A program made the translations under genes and the position numbers. Positions 1 to 9,150 of a stretch of DNA of 37,273 nucleotides are shown one piece after another. Where the stretch lies: positions 1 through 37,273 of IMG/VR virus record IMGVR_UViG_3300037045_000324, one strand, 5' to 3'. This DNA is from a virus (taxonomy: Duplodnaviria; Caudoviricetes). A model generated the notes under the pieces. It was not told where the DNA came from, made no database searches, and worked only from the letters and a program-made list of their open reading frames with translations. Position 1 is the stretch's first letter; every line of letters begins with the position of its first letter.

Positions 1-684
1 CTATTTAACATAGTTAGCAACAGCAATAATAAAGTTGCTTAGATATTGTACACACTTAGCCGCCATTCCCCAATATTCTGTGTTCGATATAATGCATTTT
101 TCTTTCAAGATTTCTAATGCTTGATCTACGTTCATTTCGCTTGTTACCTCCCCAATTCCAATATAGTCCAGTATGCCCCTGGCTATTGCTACCGCTAGTT
201 TACGTTGCATTACCGGGGTACTTAGTTCAGCCTCCTGTTCAGGATTGCTAATAAATCCACATTCACACAATATAGCAGGCATTTTGGTATCGCGAGTAAG
301 GGCTAAATTCTGCACCTTAACCCCACCATCTGGCCAGCCGGTAGCCAAAACTAGTTGAGCCTGTACCTTCTTTGCCATCTTTTCAGCTTCGCCCCCCGTT
401 GCTTGTATATATGTTGCTATATAGTTGGCTGCCCGGTTCTCGCTGGCGTTGCAGTGAATGGATACCGCCAGGTCACACTTTACGTTGTTTATTAGCGCGG
501 TCCGCGTGATTAGCTCCTCCCGCGTGTCTCCGGTGCGCGTCATAAAGCTGTCTACCCCGCCGGCCCTTAGCATCAATCCAAGGGCCTTAGATATTGCCAG
601 CGTTACGTCTTTTTCAAACAAGCCATTTAAACCTACTGCTCCGGGGTCCTTTCCCCCATGGCCGGGGTCTATTCCAATTAACAT
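1..684 (-). CDS. Endolysin, N-acetylmuramoyl-L-alanine amidase (Amidase_3) with short C-terminal domain
   Basis: IDPGHGG..E, SIHCN and ECGF zinc-amidase motifs; start moved to MLIGID (ATG 684) with GGAGG SD; TAG stop at 1-3. Confidence 0.93.
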   Translation of the reverse strand: MLIGIDPGHGGKDPGAVGLNGLFEKDVTLAISKALGLMLRAGGVDSFMTRTGDTREELITRTALINNVKCDLAVSIHCNASENRAANYIATYIQATGGEAEKMAKKVQAQLVLATGWPDGGVKVQNLALTRDTKMPAILCECGFISNPEQEAELSTPVMQRKLAVAIARGILDYIGIGEVTSEMNVDQALEILKEKCIISNTEYWGMAAKCVQYLSNFIIAVANYVK

Positions 685-695
685 ATAGTAGCCTC

Positions 696-914
696 CTATC
701 TCGACAAGCTTTGAACATACCAAACAAAAAAACCTCCCGAACCTGTTATCCAGGCAATCAGGAGAGCTTTCATCCAGTTGATTAAGCTGTCTAATTTACT
801 GCAGAGCTGCTCGATCATCACACTTTGCCTGGCATCACTTGTCTCCAGCAGCCTAAGCCGATCGGCGTGGTTATTGAGCCGTTTTTCGGCTCTTTCTTCG
901 AAGTCCACTCCCAT
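696..914 (-). CDS. XhlA/hemolysin-like lysis protein
   Basis: ~72 aa, N-terminal coiled coil (RLNNHADRLRLLE), C-terminal hydrophobic helix ending FFVWYVQ, directly upstream of endolysin. Confidence 0.8.
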   Translation of the reverse strand: MGVDFEERAEKRLNNHADRLRLLETSDARQSVMIEQLCSKLDSLINWMKALLIAWITGSGGFFVWYVQSLSR

Positions 915-939
915 CTCCCCCCTCAACCCAAAATTTTAA

Positions 940-959
940 GCCGCCCATTTCTGAGCGGC
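940..959 (-). terminator. GC-rich hairpin with GAAA tetraloop between tail and lysis genes (weak terminator or stabiliser)
   Basis: Minus strand GCCGCTCA-GAAA-TGGGCGGC followed by TTAAAATTTT (poor U tract). Confidence 0.45.
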
Positions 960-978
960 CTTGCTGCGCTTAATTAGT

Positions 979-1086
979 CTACTGCGCAGTAAGTCTAGCT
1001 TGCACTTCTGACTTAATTGCTGGGTCTATAATACTGTCAATAGTAATAATACCTAAATCTATTAACCTTACTAAATCGTCAATCAT
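979..1086 (-). CDS. Small 35-aa protein, XkdX-like position (not in ORF track)
   Basis: MIDDLVRLIDLGIITIDSIIDPAIKSEVQARLTAQ*; ATGA overlap with upstream stop; GGGGGT SD. Confidence 0.7.
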   Translation of the reverse strand: MIDDLVRLIDLGIITIDSIIDPAIKSEVQARLTAQ

Positions 1087-1298
1087 GCTATTACCCCCAT
1101 ACCTTTATAATAAAGATAATTAACTTTATCCTCTAAAGTTGGGATGGGTGCTGGAGAGTCAGGCCAAACAAATGTCCCATCAGTCTGCATTATTTGGCCG
1201 CACTCTCCAAGATCAGATTGTATTTCACCTTCAATAATTTCTACACCAACTCTTGTTGATGTGACTATATTATTTTCATCTAACTTTATAAACCGCAT
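1083..1298 (-). CDS. Small tail-fibre-associated protein (XkdW-like position)
   Basis: 71 aa, AGGAG SD, between tail fibre and XkdX-like gene. Confidence 0.65.
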   Translation of the reverse strand: MRFIKLDENNIVTSTRVGVEIIEGEIQSDLGECGQIMQTDGTFVWPDSPAPIPTLEDKVNYLYYKGMGVIA

Positions 1299-1312
1299 AT
1301 TTCCTACTCCTT

Positions 1313-2563
1313 TTACTTAAATTCTATCAGGTTCCATCCAAGCACCACATCACTAGACGTAGCATATCTATTAGCTGTTATTGTAGTTCCATTAGTTAAG
1401 GTTATATTTGTAAAATGATGTTGCAAACCACTTACTGTATTAGTCGTAGAACCGCAAAATATTAATAAACTTTTAACAGCATTAACGGAAGTTATTGTTG
1501 CAGTTGCTGTTGCTGTACCTAGCGGTAGGGTAATAGTTCCAGATTGTTTAGAGTTTATTACAGCAGTTTCAAATTCAATAACTACTGCTGAAACTGTATT
1601 AGCAACCGCACTTGATGCATATCTATAAGCTGTTACAGTGGTTGCATCAGTAAGTTCAACCCTAGTGGAAGTATAGTTAAAGCCAGCATTACTTGAAGTA
1701 GTAATATAGTTGCCCAAGAAGCAAATTATGCTTTTAGTTGTATCCACAGAGGATATACTGGCAGTTTTCGATGTATCATTAACTCCCAATGCAATGGTTA
1801 CATATTGAATACTCTTAACTCCTGTAAACGTACCAACTACCCCAAAGATATTTGCGCTCGACTTGATGTTTGCTGCAACTAAATCAGCATCACCCAAAAT
1901 TGTTTGTATCCCGGTCAAATATTGATTCGCTGCAATAGTCTGGTTGGCGGTTCCGGGTGTAATTGTTGCTATGTCTTTGGTTGCCATGTTTCCAGTTTTT
2001 TTAGTCCCGCCTTGATAAAAGGTTTTGGTTGGCAGTACATCACCAACACCCGCCGTCGCATCGTCTGAAATATCAGCAATTTTAGCCGCTAAATTTGCAA
2101 AGGTTTCACTTCCGCTTGCGGCTTGCCCCATGCCAGTAATGGCAGCAGCAATGCTGTTTTTTCCATTACTGGCAGATGTAAAAAGCTCACTTAAAGCACC
2201 TTCAACTTGCGTTGCTGTAAATACTGATCCTGCATCTTCAATTGCTATATTCTTTGCTAAATGTGCTTGTGTCGCAGTTTCAGCCAAATGCGTAGCAACA
2301 GCATCTGCACTTGCTGCTGCCAATACCCATGTTGTACCTGTGTCCCTCCATAATTCACCCTTATCAGTTGCAAAATAATATCTTTTTGCTGTCCCGGCAA
2401 CTGGTCTTGCAGCAAATAAACCTGCTGACATTGAAGCAATTGATGAATCAGCTTCCATCATTTTTGCTTCAATTACATCCCAATTGGCATTTAAAACCGT
2501 TATATCCGGTGGTGTATCGGTTAATTCAATCTTTTTTAATCCAAGTCTGGTTGTTGTTTGCAA
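1313..2563 (-). CDS. Tail fibre / receptor-binding protein
   Basis: Follows baseplate genes; Thr/Ala/Gly-rich; N-terminal anchor (LGLKKIE..D...LNANWD); two ~80-aa C-terminal repeats. Confidence 0.85.
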   Translation of the reverse strand: MQTTTRLGLKKIELTDTPPDITVLNANWDVIEAKMMEADSSIASMSAGLFAARPVAGTAKRYYFATDKGELWRDTGTTWVLAAASADAVATHLAETATQAHLAKNIAIEDAGSVFTATQVEGALSELFTSASNGKNSIAAAITGMGQAASGSETFANLAAKIADISDDATAGVGDVLPTKTFYQGGTKKTGNMATKDIATITPGTANQTIAANQYLTGIQTILGDADLVAANIKSSANIFGVVGTFTGVKSIQYVTIALGVNDTSKTASISSVDTTKSIICFLGNYITTSSNAGFNYTSTRVELTDATTVTAYRYASSAVANTVSAVVIEFETAVINSKQSGTITLPLGTATATATITSVNAVKSLLIFCGSTTNTVSGLQHHFTNITLTNGTTITANRYATSSDVVLGWNLIEFK

Positions 2564-2583
2564 GGTGTGTCATCCCCCTTTCT

Positions 2584-3339
2584 TTATGGAATATAGTCAA
2601 CCAAAGCTTGCCAATCTGCCAAAGCTGCAACTGCTGACCAATCAGTATAATTTGTTTTCACATCATTCCAACTTGAATAATATCTTTCAACTGTCAAATT
2701 GATGTGTGCGGGTATTTTGGCATTCAATGCCCTTTCCACATCGGGTAACCGGTAAATGTCACCCCCCGGTGGAACCAATATCTGAATCCGAATGGTTGAA
2801 TCTGCAAAAGTGATTATTGAATCACCCCCGGTAAACCCTTCAACAACACTTTTTATCTTTGATTCATTCAGCTTTCCTTGACCTCTCAAATATGAAATTA
2901 TGAATGATTTCCTTTGTGCCAATGTTCCATATGGAACTATTTTCAAATCTCTTTCCCATTCAATAATCCTTGCTTCCCTTGCTGTCAGAATGTAAGAATC
3001 ATCAATTATCACCTGAACACCATCATGCAGTAGGTCAAATTCATAATTTTCACTTTTGGTGAACTCTTTGAATTCAGCTAATTCCTGCATCATTGCCGGT
3101 AAATATTCAATGATGTTCTTTCTTGATTCCCCCAAAAATAAAGTTTCTATGAATACAATTAAACTTGCATCAGCATCACCAATCACTGAAACAACTCCAT
3201 TAACAAACGTGACTTGAACTGTGGTTGGTATATTGCCCGGATAAGATGGTGCTTCATTCATCACTGACCAAGTACCATTGAACGCTTGTTCAAGGTAAAT
3301 ATCAGCATAATCTTCACTTGTAACTTTTACATATTTCAT
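2584..3339 (-). CDS. Baseplate wedge / tail protein, XkdU (DUF2313/YmfQ)-like, with N-terminal extension
   Basis: EYLP...WERDLKI...TLAQRK...IPAHI pattern; follows baseplate J; ATGA overlap at 3336-3339. Confidence 0.8.
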   Translation of the reverse strand: MKYVKVTSEDYADIYLEQAFNGTWSVMNEAPSYPGNIPTTVQVTFVNGVVSVIGDADASLIVFIETLFLGESRKNIIEYLPAMMQELAEFKEFTKSENYEFDLLHDGVQVIIDDSYILTAREARIIEWERDLKIVPYGTLAQRKSFIISYLRGQGKLNESKIKSVVEGFTGGDSIITFADSTIRIQILVPPGGDIYRLPDVERALNAKIPAHINLTVERYYSSWNDVKTNYTDWSAVAALADWQALVDYIP

Positions 3340-4397
3340 GAAGTCACCACCTGACAACTAAAGGTTCCTAACAGTGGTATTTCTTCAGCAGCAAGTGTAA
3401 TGTCAACCGTTCCCAAATTCATGGTCAGTGATTCAATACGATCAACACATGGAACAACAAGAATTTTTCCTGCCAATCCCAAATAACTAAGGGTTAATTT
3501 TTCATAAGCAAGTTCAGCAAAGTATGCTTCAACTGCATCCTGAACCCCTGCTTCAGCAATATAACCGGCTGCGAGTTCGATTTCCAAAGCAATGTTCACT
3601 GTGACCTGGGTTGCGGTTGATACTGTGACAACTGCACCAATGGGTGCAATCCCATTTCCCAACCCTTCTGAAGCAGGGTCAAGATAAGCTTGAAAATCGG
3701 CAATCAGTGTTGCCCCTGCAACCGTGTTGGCCGCATTTAGAATGCTAACCTTAACCGTGTTCACCCCATCCCATATGGGAAATATTTTTGCTTTTCCAAT
3801 GCCGGGAAAAGTTGCAGCCCATTCTTTATATTGTGCAATGTTTCCATCCTGTGATTGGTTACTTGCTTCAAGAAAATATCTGGTTCTTAAAGCTTCAGTG
3901 GTTTCTTCATCTTCACCAATAATCAACACTTCCGTTAATTCTGAACTTCCTAACCCTTCAATGTATTCAACCGGGGTCATTACTCCGAGTTTAGCATTTC
4001 CAACAATCCCTGCTGTTTCACACTGAACCTTGAAATTTCCAAGTGATATTTTTTCAGTGACAATGTAATTCAAAGCATCTAAATTAAACCTGCTGCCAAT
4101 TGCAACATCCATTAACACTGCACTTCCATCTTTGAAAACACCCTTCAGAATTGCTTTGGTTGCAGGAAATGGCGTGATTCCTTGTTCTGCTGCCCTTTGA
4201 ATTAGATACGTTCTTGATGCAGTACCGGCATAAGTTTCAGCAAGCATTGAATCAATTTCAATATAGTTTTCTGCCAATTCAACAGCAGCAGGTGCGAGTG
4301 CATCATAAATGATTGACCCTTCCCTTTTATCCAAAGAATTGGGAACCCGGTTCAACATCCGGGCCATGATCACTTCAAAGGTTTGATTTTCATACAT
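3336..4397 (-). CDS. Baseplate J-like protein (XkdT)
   Basis: DKREGSIIYDALAP, EDEETTEALR, GN..QYKEWA, APIGAVVTV motifs. Confidence 0.92.
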   Translation of the reverse strand: MYENQTFEVIMARMLNRVPNSLDKREGSIIYDALAPAAVELAENYIEIDSMLAETYAGTASRTYLIQRAAEQGITPFPATKAILKGVFKDGSAVLMDVAIGSRFNLDALNYIVTEKISLGNFKVQCETAGIVGNAKLGVMTPVEYIEGLGSSELTEVLIIGEDEETTEALRTRYFLEASNQSQDGNIAQYKEWAATFPGIGKAKIFPIWDGVNTVKVSILNAANTVAGATLIADFQAYLDPASEGLGNGIAPIGAVVTVSTATQVTVNIALEIELAAGYIAEAGVQDAVEAYFAELAYEKLTLSYLGLAGKILVVPCVDRIESLTMNLGTVDITLAAEEIPLLGTFSCQVVTS

Positions 4398-4798
4398 TAA
4401 ATACTCACCACCTTTTCAACTTCAATTTCACCTTCGGTGGTGATTGCTGTGAACTTCATGGTCACTGATTTTTTATTTGAACTGAAGTTGAAGCTTTCAA
4501 CAGAAGTTATTCTGTCATCCTGAAGTAATGCTTCCGTGACCAATCTTTGCAATTCAGAATAAACAAAAGGGATGGATTTCCCAATCTGCTCCATGAGTTC
4601 AACCCCATAATTCCAACTGTAAACCAAATATTCATACCGTTCTGTACATAATATTTTATATATTGCTTGTTCCATGGCACTTAAACCTTCAACAAATCCA
4701 CCAACAGTAAATTGGTCAATGTTTACCGCATATGTTTTGCTTGGTTGTATTTCAATTTCAAAATCATTTGTCAGGTCATCATTCACCGTTGGAATCAT
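4397..4798 (-). CDS. Baseplate protein XkdS (DUF2634)-like
   Basis: QAIYKIL.TERY...YSWNYGVEL, EALLQDDRI. Confidence 0.88.
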   Translation of the reverse strand: MIPTVNDDLTNDFEIEIQPSKTYAVNIDQFTVGGFVEGLSAMEQAIYKILCTERYEYLVYSWNYGVELMEQIGKSIPFVYSELQRLVTEALLQDDRITSVESFNFSSNKKSVTMKFTAITTEGEIEVEKVVSI

Positions 4799-5214
4799 GC
4801 TTTCACCACCTTTTCAAGCACCACAAACTTTTGACCCCCCTGAAGTTGTGCCAATAACACTTCATCATCTTGTTCCAAATGATTATAAATGGTTATTTCA
4901 TGTTCAACCTTTGCTTTGAATGCAATCTTTGCAGGTTGACTTTCCGTTTGTTCAAGTACATCCCAAGTTGTGAACAATTGCTTGATTGCAGCATTATCAA
5001 ATGAAATCTTGGTTTGATAATCAAGAACATTGTGTGTCAGAACCAATTGTTCTGAAGCAAGCACAAGTTTCTGGTCAATTTGAATCTTTAATGGTGAAGC
5101 AACAATTACCTTGCCCCACAACAGTTTGACCGGGGAAGCTGCTTCAGATGCTTCCATTGCAGCCTGTTTGATTGACTTCACTATATCATCCATGTTAGGC
5201 AAGGAAACCACCAC
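4795..5214 (-). CDS. Baseplate spike-like protein XkdR (DUF2577)-like
   Basis: GKV..SPLKIQID, L...DEVLL....GGQKFVV; position; start uncertain. Confidence 0.82.
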   Translation of the reverse strand: MVVSLPNMDDIVKSIKQAAMEASEAASPVKLLWGKVIVASPLKIQIDQKLVLASEQLVLTHNVLDYQTKISFDNAAIKQLFTTWDVLEQTESQPAKIAFKAKVEHEITIYNHLEQDDEVLLAQLQGGQKFVVLEKVVKA

Positions 5215-6157
5215 CCATCAAATTAAGGTTCATCAGGTGTTCATTGTTCTTGAAAGTGTGTTTGACACTTTCGACAATCATATATTTTTGAACAATTGTG
5301 TCACCAAGATTCAACATCACCGGGATGCTGCTTCCACCCCTTACACGAACATCACCCAAAGCATTTGAAACACTCAATGTTCTGGTTTTCTTGTTATACA
5401 TTGAAAGCATTGCATCAGCTTTGGTTTTTCCGTTTGTAACTTCCGTGATTTTGTCATAGAACTGAAGGACACCCCAACTGTTAATATTGGCAGTGTCTTG
5501 TGCAATGTAAATGTCCCTTTTTCCGGTTTCTTCATTTTCATACGACAGTTTAATTTTGTTGTATGTTTCGCCGTCAATTGATGAAGTATAATCAAAATCT
5601 TCAGCAGTTTCATCATCAATCAACAGGTCAAGCTTCATTGATTCAATATCCTTCAATGTCAACTTTCCACAATCATCATACAAAACATACATTTTCTTTT
5701 TGTTGGTCAATGTCAGTTCCAGTGCATTTTTAACCATATCAAATAGCGTTTTATTATCTTCAACCTTGCTTTTAATGGTGTATGTTGTGCTTTCAATGTT
5801 TCCAACATTCAATTTGAAATCAGTAGCAAGCATCTGGATGAATTCACTTGCTGTTTTGTTGGTGTAAACATATGTGTCTTTGTTTTTTAAATATCTCAAT
5901 TGATCATATGCAGTCACCTTTATGGTTCCATCTTTGTTTCTTTTTTTGATGAAAACAAAACCATAAAACAACTTCTGCTTGTCAACTTTTAGTGTGACTG
6001 AATTCCCTTCTTGGAAACTAATCACTGAATCTTTTATAACAGTGAAAGTAAGCTTTCCCGGTACACCTTCCCTTGCCGTTTCCCAACACACACCTTCTTC
6101 AGTTGCCGGAAAATAAACAGTTGAACCATTTTGAACTGTTAGTTCAATATTATCCAA
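5195..6157 (-). CDS. Baseplate hub protein XkdQ/YqbQ-like
   Basis: PGKLTF, TAYDQLRYLKNKDT, WGVLQ motifs; position after LysM protein. Confidence 0.88.
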   Translation of the reverse strand: MDNIELTVQNGSTVYFPATEEGVCWETAREGVPGKLTFTVIKDSVISFQEGNSVTLKVDKQKLFYGFVFIKKRNKDGTIKVTAYDQLRYLKNKDTYVYTNKTASEFIQMLATDFKLNVGNIESTTYTIKSKVEDNKTLFDMVKNALELTLTNKKKMYVLYDDCGKLTLKDIESMKLDLLIDDETAEDFDYTSSIDGETYNKIKLSYENEETGKRDIYIAQDTANINSWGVLQFYDKITEVTNGKTKADAMLSMYNKKTRTLSVSNALGDVRVRGGSSIPVMLNLGDTIVQKYMIVESVKHTFKNNEHLMNLNLMGGGFLA

Positions 6158-6809
6158 GGTTTATCACCTGCCCCACGGAAATCAAGTTTGCGTTTGCAAT
6201 GCCATTCAAAGTAGCAATTTCAGAATATTTTGAACCATCACCCAATAGCTTTTTACATATTTTCCAAAGTGAATCACCACTGACAACCGTGTGTGTTTTT
6301 GGTGCTACCTTGGAAACTTCCCTTTCAATACTCACCGCAATGGTTGCCGGGGTTGTTGCAGTGGCAGGTTTCACAACTCCCACTTTTGTTCCATATTCCC
6401 GGTATTGCTTCAATTTGATATTAACTATTAAATCCAGACCATTTTTCGTATCTTCTATAATGCCATATTCTTCAATGGTGACCTTTATATTGGTATCAAA
6501 TAATGCTGAACCATTCGGTGCAATCCGCATTACTTTGAACTGAAATTTTTGATTATTAACTTTCAAACTTTCAATTTTATCTGCATAATAAGCAGCAGGT
6601 TTGAAGCCACCCCAATATGTTGCAAAAGGATATTCACTTTGTGGAAGTAGTGCTTCAAAGCTGAATTCCGTCAATCCGGGTGTTTTCAATATATTGATTT
6701 CACCATCATTTATTAAGGTGATTGTCTTGTTTTTGTTTGAAATCTTAGTTTCAAGTTTGAATGGTGTAACCGGCAAAGGTACACCATCGAGTAAAAAATA
6801 ATATGCCAC
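6150..6809 (-). CDS. LysM-domain tail tube initiator XkdP-like
   Basis: LPVTP N-terminus; C-terminal LysM HTVVSGDSLWKI...NLISVGQV. Confidence 0.92.
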   Translation of the reverse strand: MAYYFLLDGVPLPVTPFKLETKISNKNKTITLINDGEINILKTPGLTEFSFEALLPQSEYPFATYWGGFKPAAYYADKIESLKVNNQKFQFKVMRIAPNGSALFDTNIKVTIEEYGIIEDTKNGLDLIVNIKLKQYREYGTKVGVVKPATATTPATIAVSIEREVSKVAPKTHTVVSGDSLWKICKKLLGDGSKYSEIATLNGIANANLISVGQVINLG

Positions 6810-6812
6810 CGA

Positions 6813-8678
6813 TTACACCCCTTCCGCGACGCTCGCAAGAGTTTGATTCAGTGCTTCACCAAAGTATGAAATAACGCCGTCCAAATCCAGGTTGCTTGCA
6901 ATCTGATTGTGATTAGTCATATCCACTTTTATTTCAGCAGTGGTGAATCTGTTGACCACTTCCATTTCAGCCAAGTCCCTAAGATATTTCAAATCTTCTT
7001 CCGTGGCATCCATTTTATCTTTGATTGCACCGGTGTTGGATGCTGTCATGTTCCCACTGTTTGCAAGGTCATCCATGCTGAACTTATCAGCTAAATTTAC
7101 ACCCATGCCATAACCTTTGTTATAAGCTTTGGCATAATCAAGCCGGTCATAGTGCATTGCCGATGAATCAAGCTTCAGTGCTTTATATTGGGGATCATCA
7201 ACCCTTGCATCAACCTTGGCTTGCAATGAACCTTTCCAACCATTAACTGTTTCTGCCATGTTGGAACCAAACACTGTATCAAGTGCTGAGGCTATGCCAC
7301 CAAGGATTGAAAGAACGGTGTCTGCCATACCTGCGAATAATCGAATAATTGACCCAATCGGATCATTGAACACATTTGCAAAGAATTCTGCAAATGTCAT
7401 AATAAAGTTCCAGATCATCACCCAAACATCAATGATCAGGTTCCCGGCTGCAATGAATATATTTCCGATGATTGCAGCTGCCACCATGATTGCACCGACA
7501 ATCATTCCGGTTGCTGAATAGGTTGTTCCGGTGAATTTGTTCACTGCTGCAACTGCTGCATAAAATATTGCAATCAAAAGGATCACTGCCAATACCACCA
7601 AAACAATTGGGTTCAATGCCATTACTGCATTGAAAGCAGCTTGAATCTTTGTCCAAGCAAGCGTTGCTGCCATTACACCATACGTTGCCCCCAAATAAAT
7701 CAAAGTTGCTGCTGCAACCCCCAAGATCAAGGGTTTAAGGATTGCCCAATTGTTTGCCAGGAAATTGATGAATTCCAAAATAGGTTGTGAGTAATAAAGC
7801 ACGTTGTTGATCATCGTTGTCCACAACTGCCCCCATGTCATTGGTAATTCTGAAAACTGTTTATTGGTTTTGTCAGCTGCTTCAAACATTGCATTCTTGA
7901 TTATGGCAGCAGTGATTTCACCTTCAGAACTCATTTTTTTAAGATCACCCATTGATTTCCCGGTATATTTTGCAATTGCTTGGGCAAGCATGGGTGCATT
8001 TTCCATGATGCTTCTGAATTCATCACCCTGAAGCTTCCCTGCTGCCATTGCTTGTGTCAGCTGATACATTGCAGATATTTGTTCCTGAATGCTTGATCCA
8101 CCTACCTTGAACTGTTTGTTCATCTGTTCAGCAAAGAACACCATTTCATCAGTGTTTTTGAAAGCACCCCCGGCAAGTATTCCAAGCTTGGACACGGCAG
8201 CTGCCGTGTCCAGGTATGCTGTTCTTGACCGTTGTGCTGATTGGAAGATCAGGTCTTGAAGTTCAACTGTGGTGTGAAGTCCATCATTCATAATATTAAG
8301 ACGTGCAGTTGTTGAAACAAACTGATCCGATAAACCAAAAACCTGTTTCACACCAAAAACAGCACCAAGTGAAGCGGCCATTCCCATGATCTTCCCCATC
8401 AACCCACCGGTTGCACTTGTACCATTCCGAACATCATTGTTGAAATTCACTTGTGCTTGATCCGCTTGCCTTATTTCGTTTTCAATTTGGTTGAAGTTTA
8501 CTTCTGCCCTTGCCAATTCTTGTCTTGCTGCTTGAATGCTGCTTGTATCAATTGCATTGTGTGATGCTCTTTGAATTGATTCAAAGCTATTCAAAACAAT
8601 ATTCATTGCATTACTCATTGATCTGAATACAGGTGACATTCCATCCGTGATTTGAATTGCAGTTCTAATTGTTGCCAT
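6813..8678 (-). CDS. Tape measure protein (621 aa)
   Basis: Ala-rich helical; QLTQAMAAGKLQGDEFRSIMENAP tape-measure motif; hydrophobic central segments; position. Confidence 0.93.
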   Translation of the reverse strand: MATIRTAIQITDGMSPVFRSMSNAMNIVLNSFESIQRASHNAIDTSSIQAARQELARAEVNFNQIENEIRQADQAQVNFNNDVRNGTSATGGLMGKIMGMAASLGAVFGVKQVFGLSDQFVSTTARLNIMNDGLHTTVELQDLIFQSAQRSRTAYLDTAAAVSKLGILAGGAFKNTDEMVFFAEQMNKQFKVGGSSIQEQISAMYQLTQAMAAGKLQGDEFRSIMENAPMLAQAIAKYTGKSMGDLKKMSSEGEITAAIIKNAMFEAADKTNKQFSELPMTWGQLWTTMINNVLYYSQPILEFINFLANNWAILKPLILGVAAATLIYLGATYGVMAATLAWTKIQAAFNAVMALNPIVLVVLAVILLIAIFYAAVAAVNKFTGTTYSATGMIVGAIMVAAAIIGNIFIAAGNLIIDVWVMIWNFIMTFAEFFANVFNDPIGSIIRLFAGMADTVLSILGGIASALDTVFGSNMAETVNGWKGSLQAKVDARVDDPQYKALKLDSSAMHYDRLDYAKAYNKGYGMGVNLADKFSMDDLANSGNMTASNTGAIKDKMDATEEDLKYLRDLAEMEVVNRFTTAEIKVDMTNHNQIASNLDLDGVISYFGEALNQTLASVAEGV

Positions 8679-8702
8679 TAAATCACCACCTTTTTTGGCA
8701 AT

Positions 8703-8732
8703 AAAAAAGCACCTGCATCACTGCAAGTGCTT
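8703..8732 (-). terminator. Intrinsic terminator after moron gene
   Basis: AAGCACTTGCA-GTGA-TGCAGGTGCTT then T run on minus strand. Confidence 0.8.
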
Positions 8733-8746
8733 CATTGCCATTTCTT

Positions 8747-9094
8747 TTAGAACATTGCTTGTATTATTGCCTTGTGGATTTTTGAATCCACTTCCATCAA
8801 GCTGTTTTTACCATCCTTGAATTTCACTGCAATGGTATAAGAACCCTTATTCTTTGCCGATAAGCCACCGGCAAGTAATCCAACCCCACCAAGTAAAACT
8901 GCCCCAACTGCACCCCTTACAATGCCACTGGCAAGACTTTTATTTTGTTCACTATCAATGACTTCATAAGATTCAATGTTGGTTTTATTCAATTCTAATT
9001 GTTTAAAAAGCTTCAGAATGATAAATGCTTTCCCCCCGGCTTGACCAACAAACATGTTTTCATAATCACCTGCAACCACTTTATTTGTTGCCAT
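8747..9094 (-). CDS. Moron gene, 115-aa protein with glycine-zipper hydrophobic segment
   Basis: Inserted between tail chaperone and tape measure; own promoter and terminator; RGAVGAVLLGGVGLLAGG. Confidence 0.85.
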   Translation of the reverse strand: MATNKVVAGDYENMFVGQAGGKAFIILKLFKQLELNKTNIESYEVIDSEQNKSLASGIVRGAVGAVLLGGVGLLAGGLSAKNKGSYTIAVKFKDGKNSLMEVDSKIHKAIIQAMF

Positions 9095-9149
9095 TTGAAA
9101 TCCCCCCCCCTTCCAAACATTATACCTTAAAAATTGGAAGGGATTTCAA
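9095..9149 (-). promoter_or_regulatory. SigA-type promoter of the moron, embedded in an inverted repeat with a G9 tract
   Basis: TTGAAA (9144-9149), 19-nt spacer, TATAAT (9119-9124); arms 9134-9149 and 9095-9116. Confidence 0.65.
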
Positions 9150-9150
9150 T

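Noticed and set aside
1313-2563. Diversity-generating retroelement or invertible tail-fibre system
   Set aside because: No reverse transcriptase, template/variable repeat pair or invertase seen; the C-terminal repeats are old and diverged
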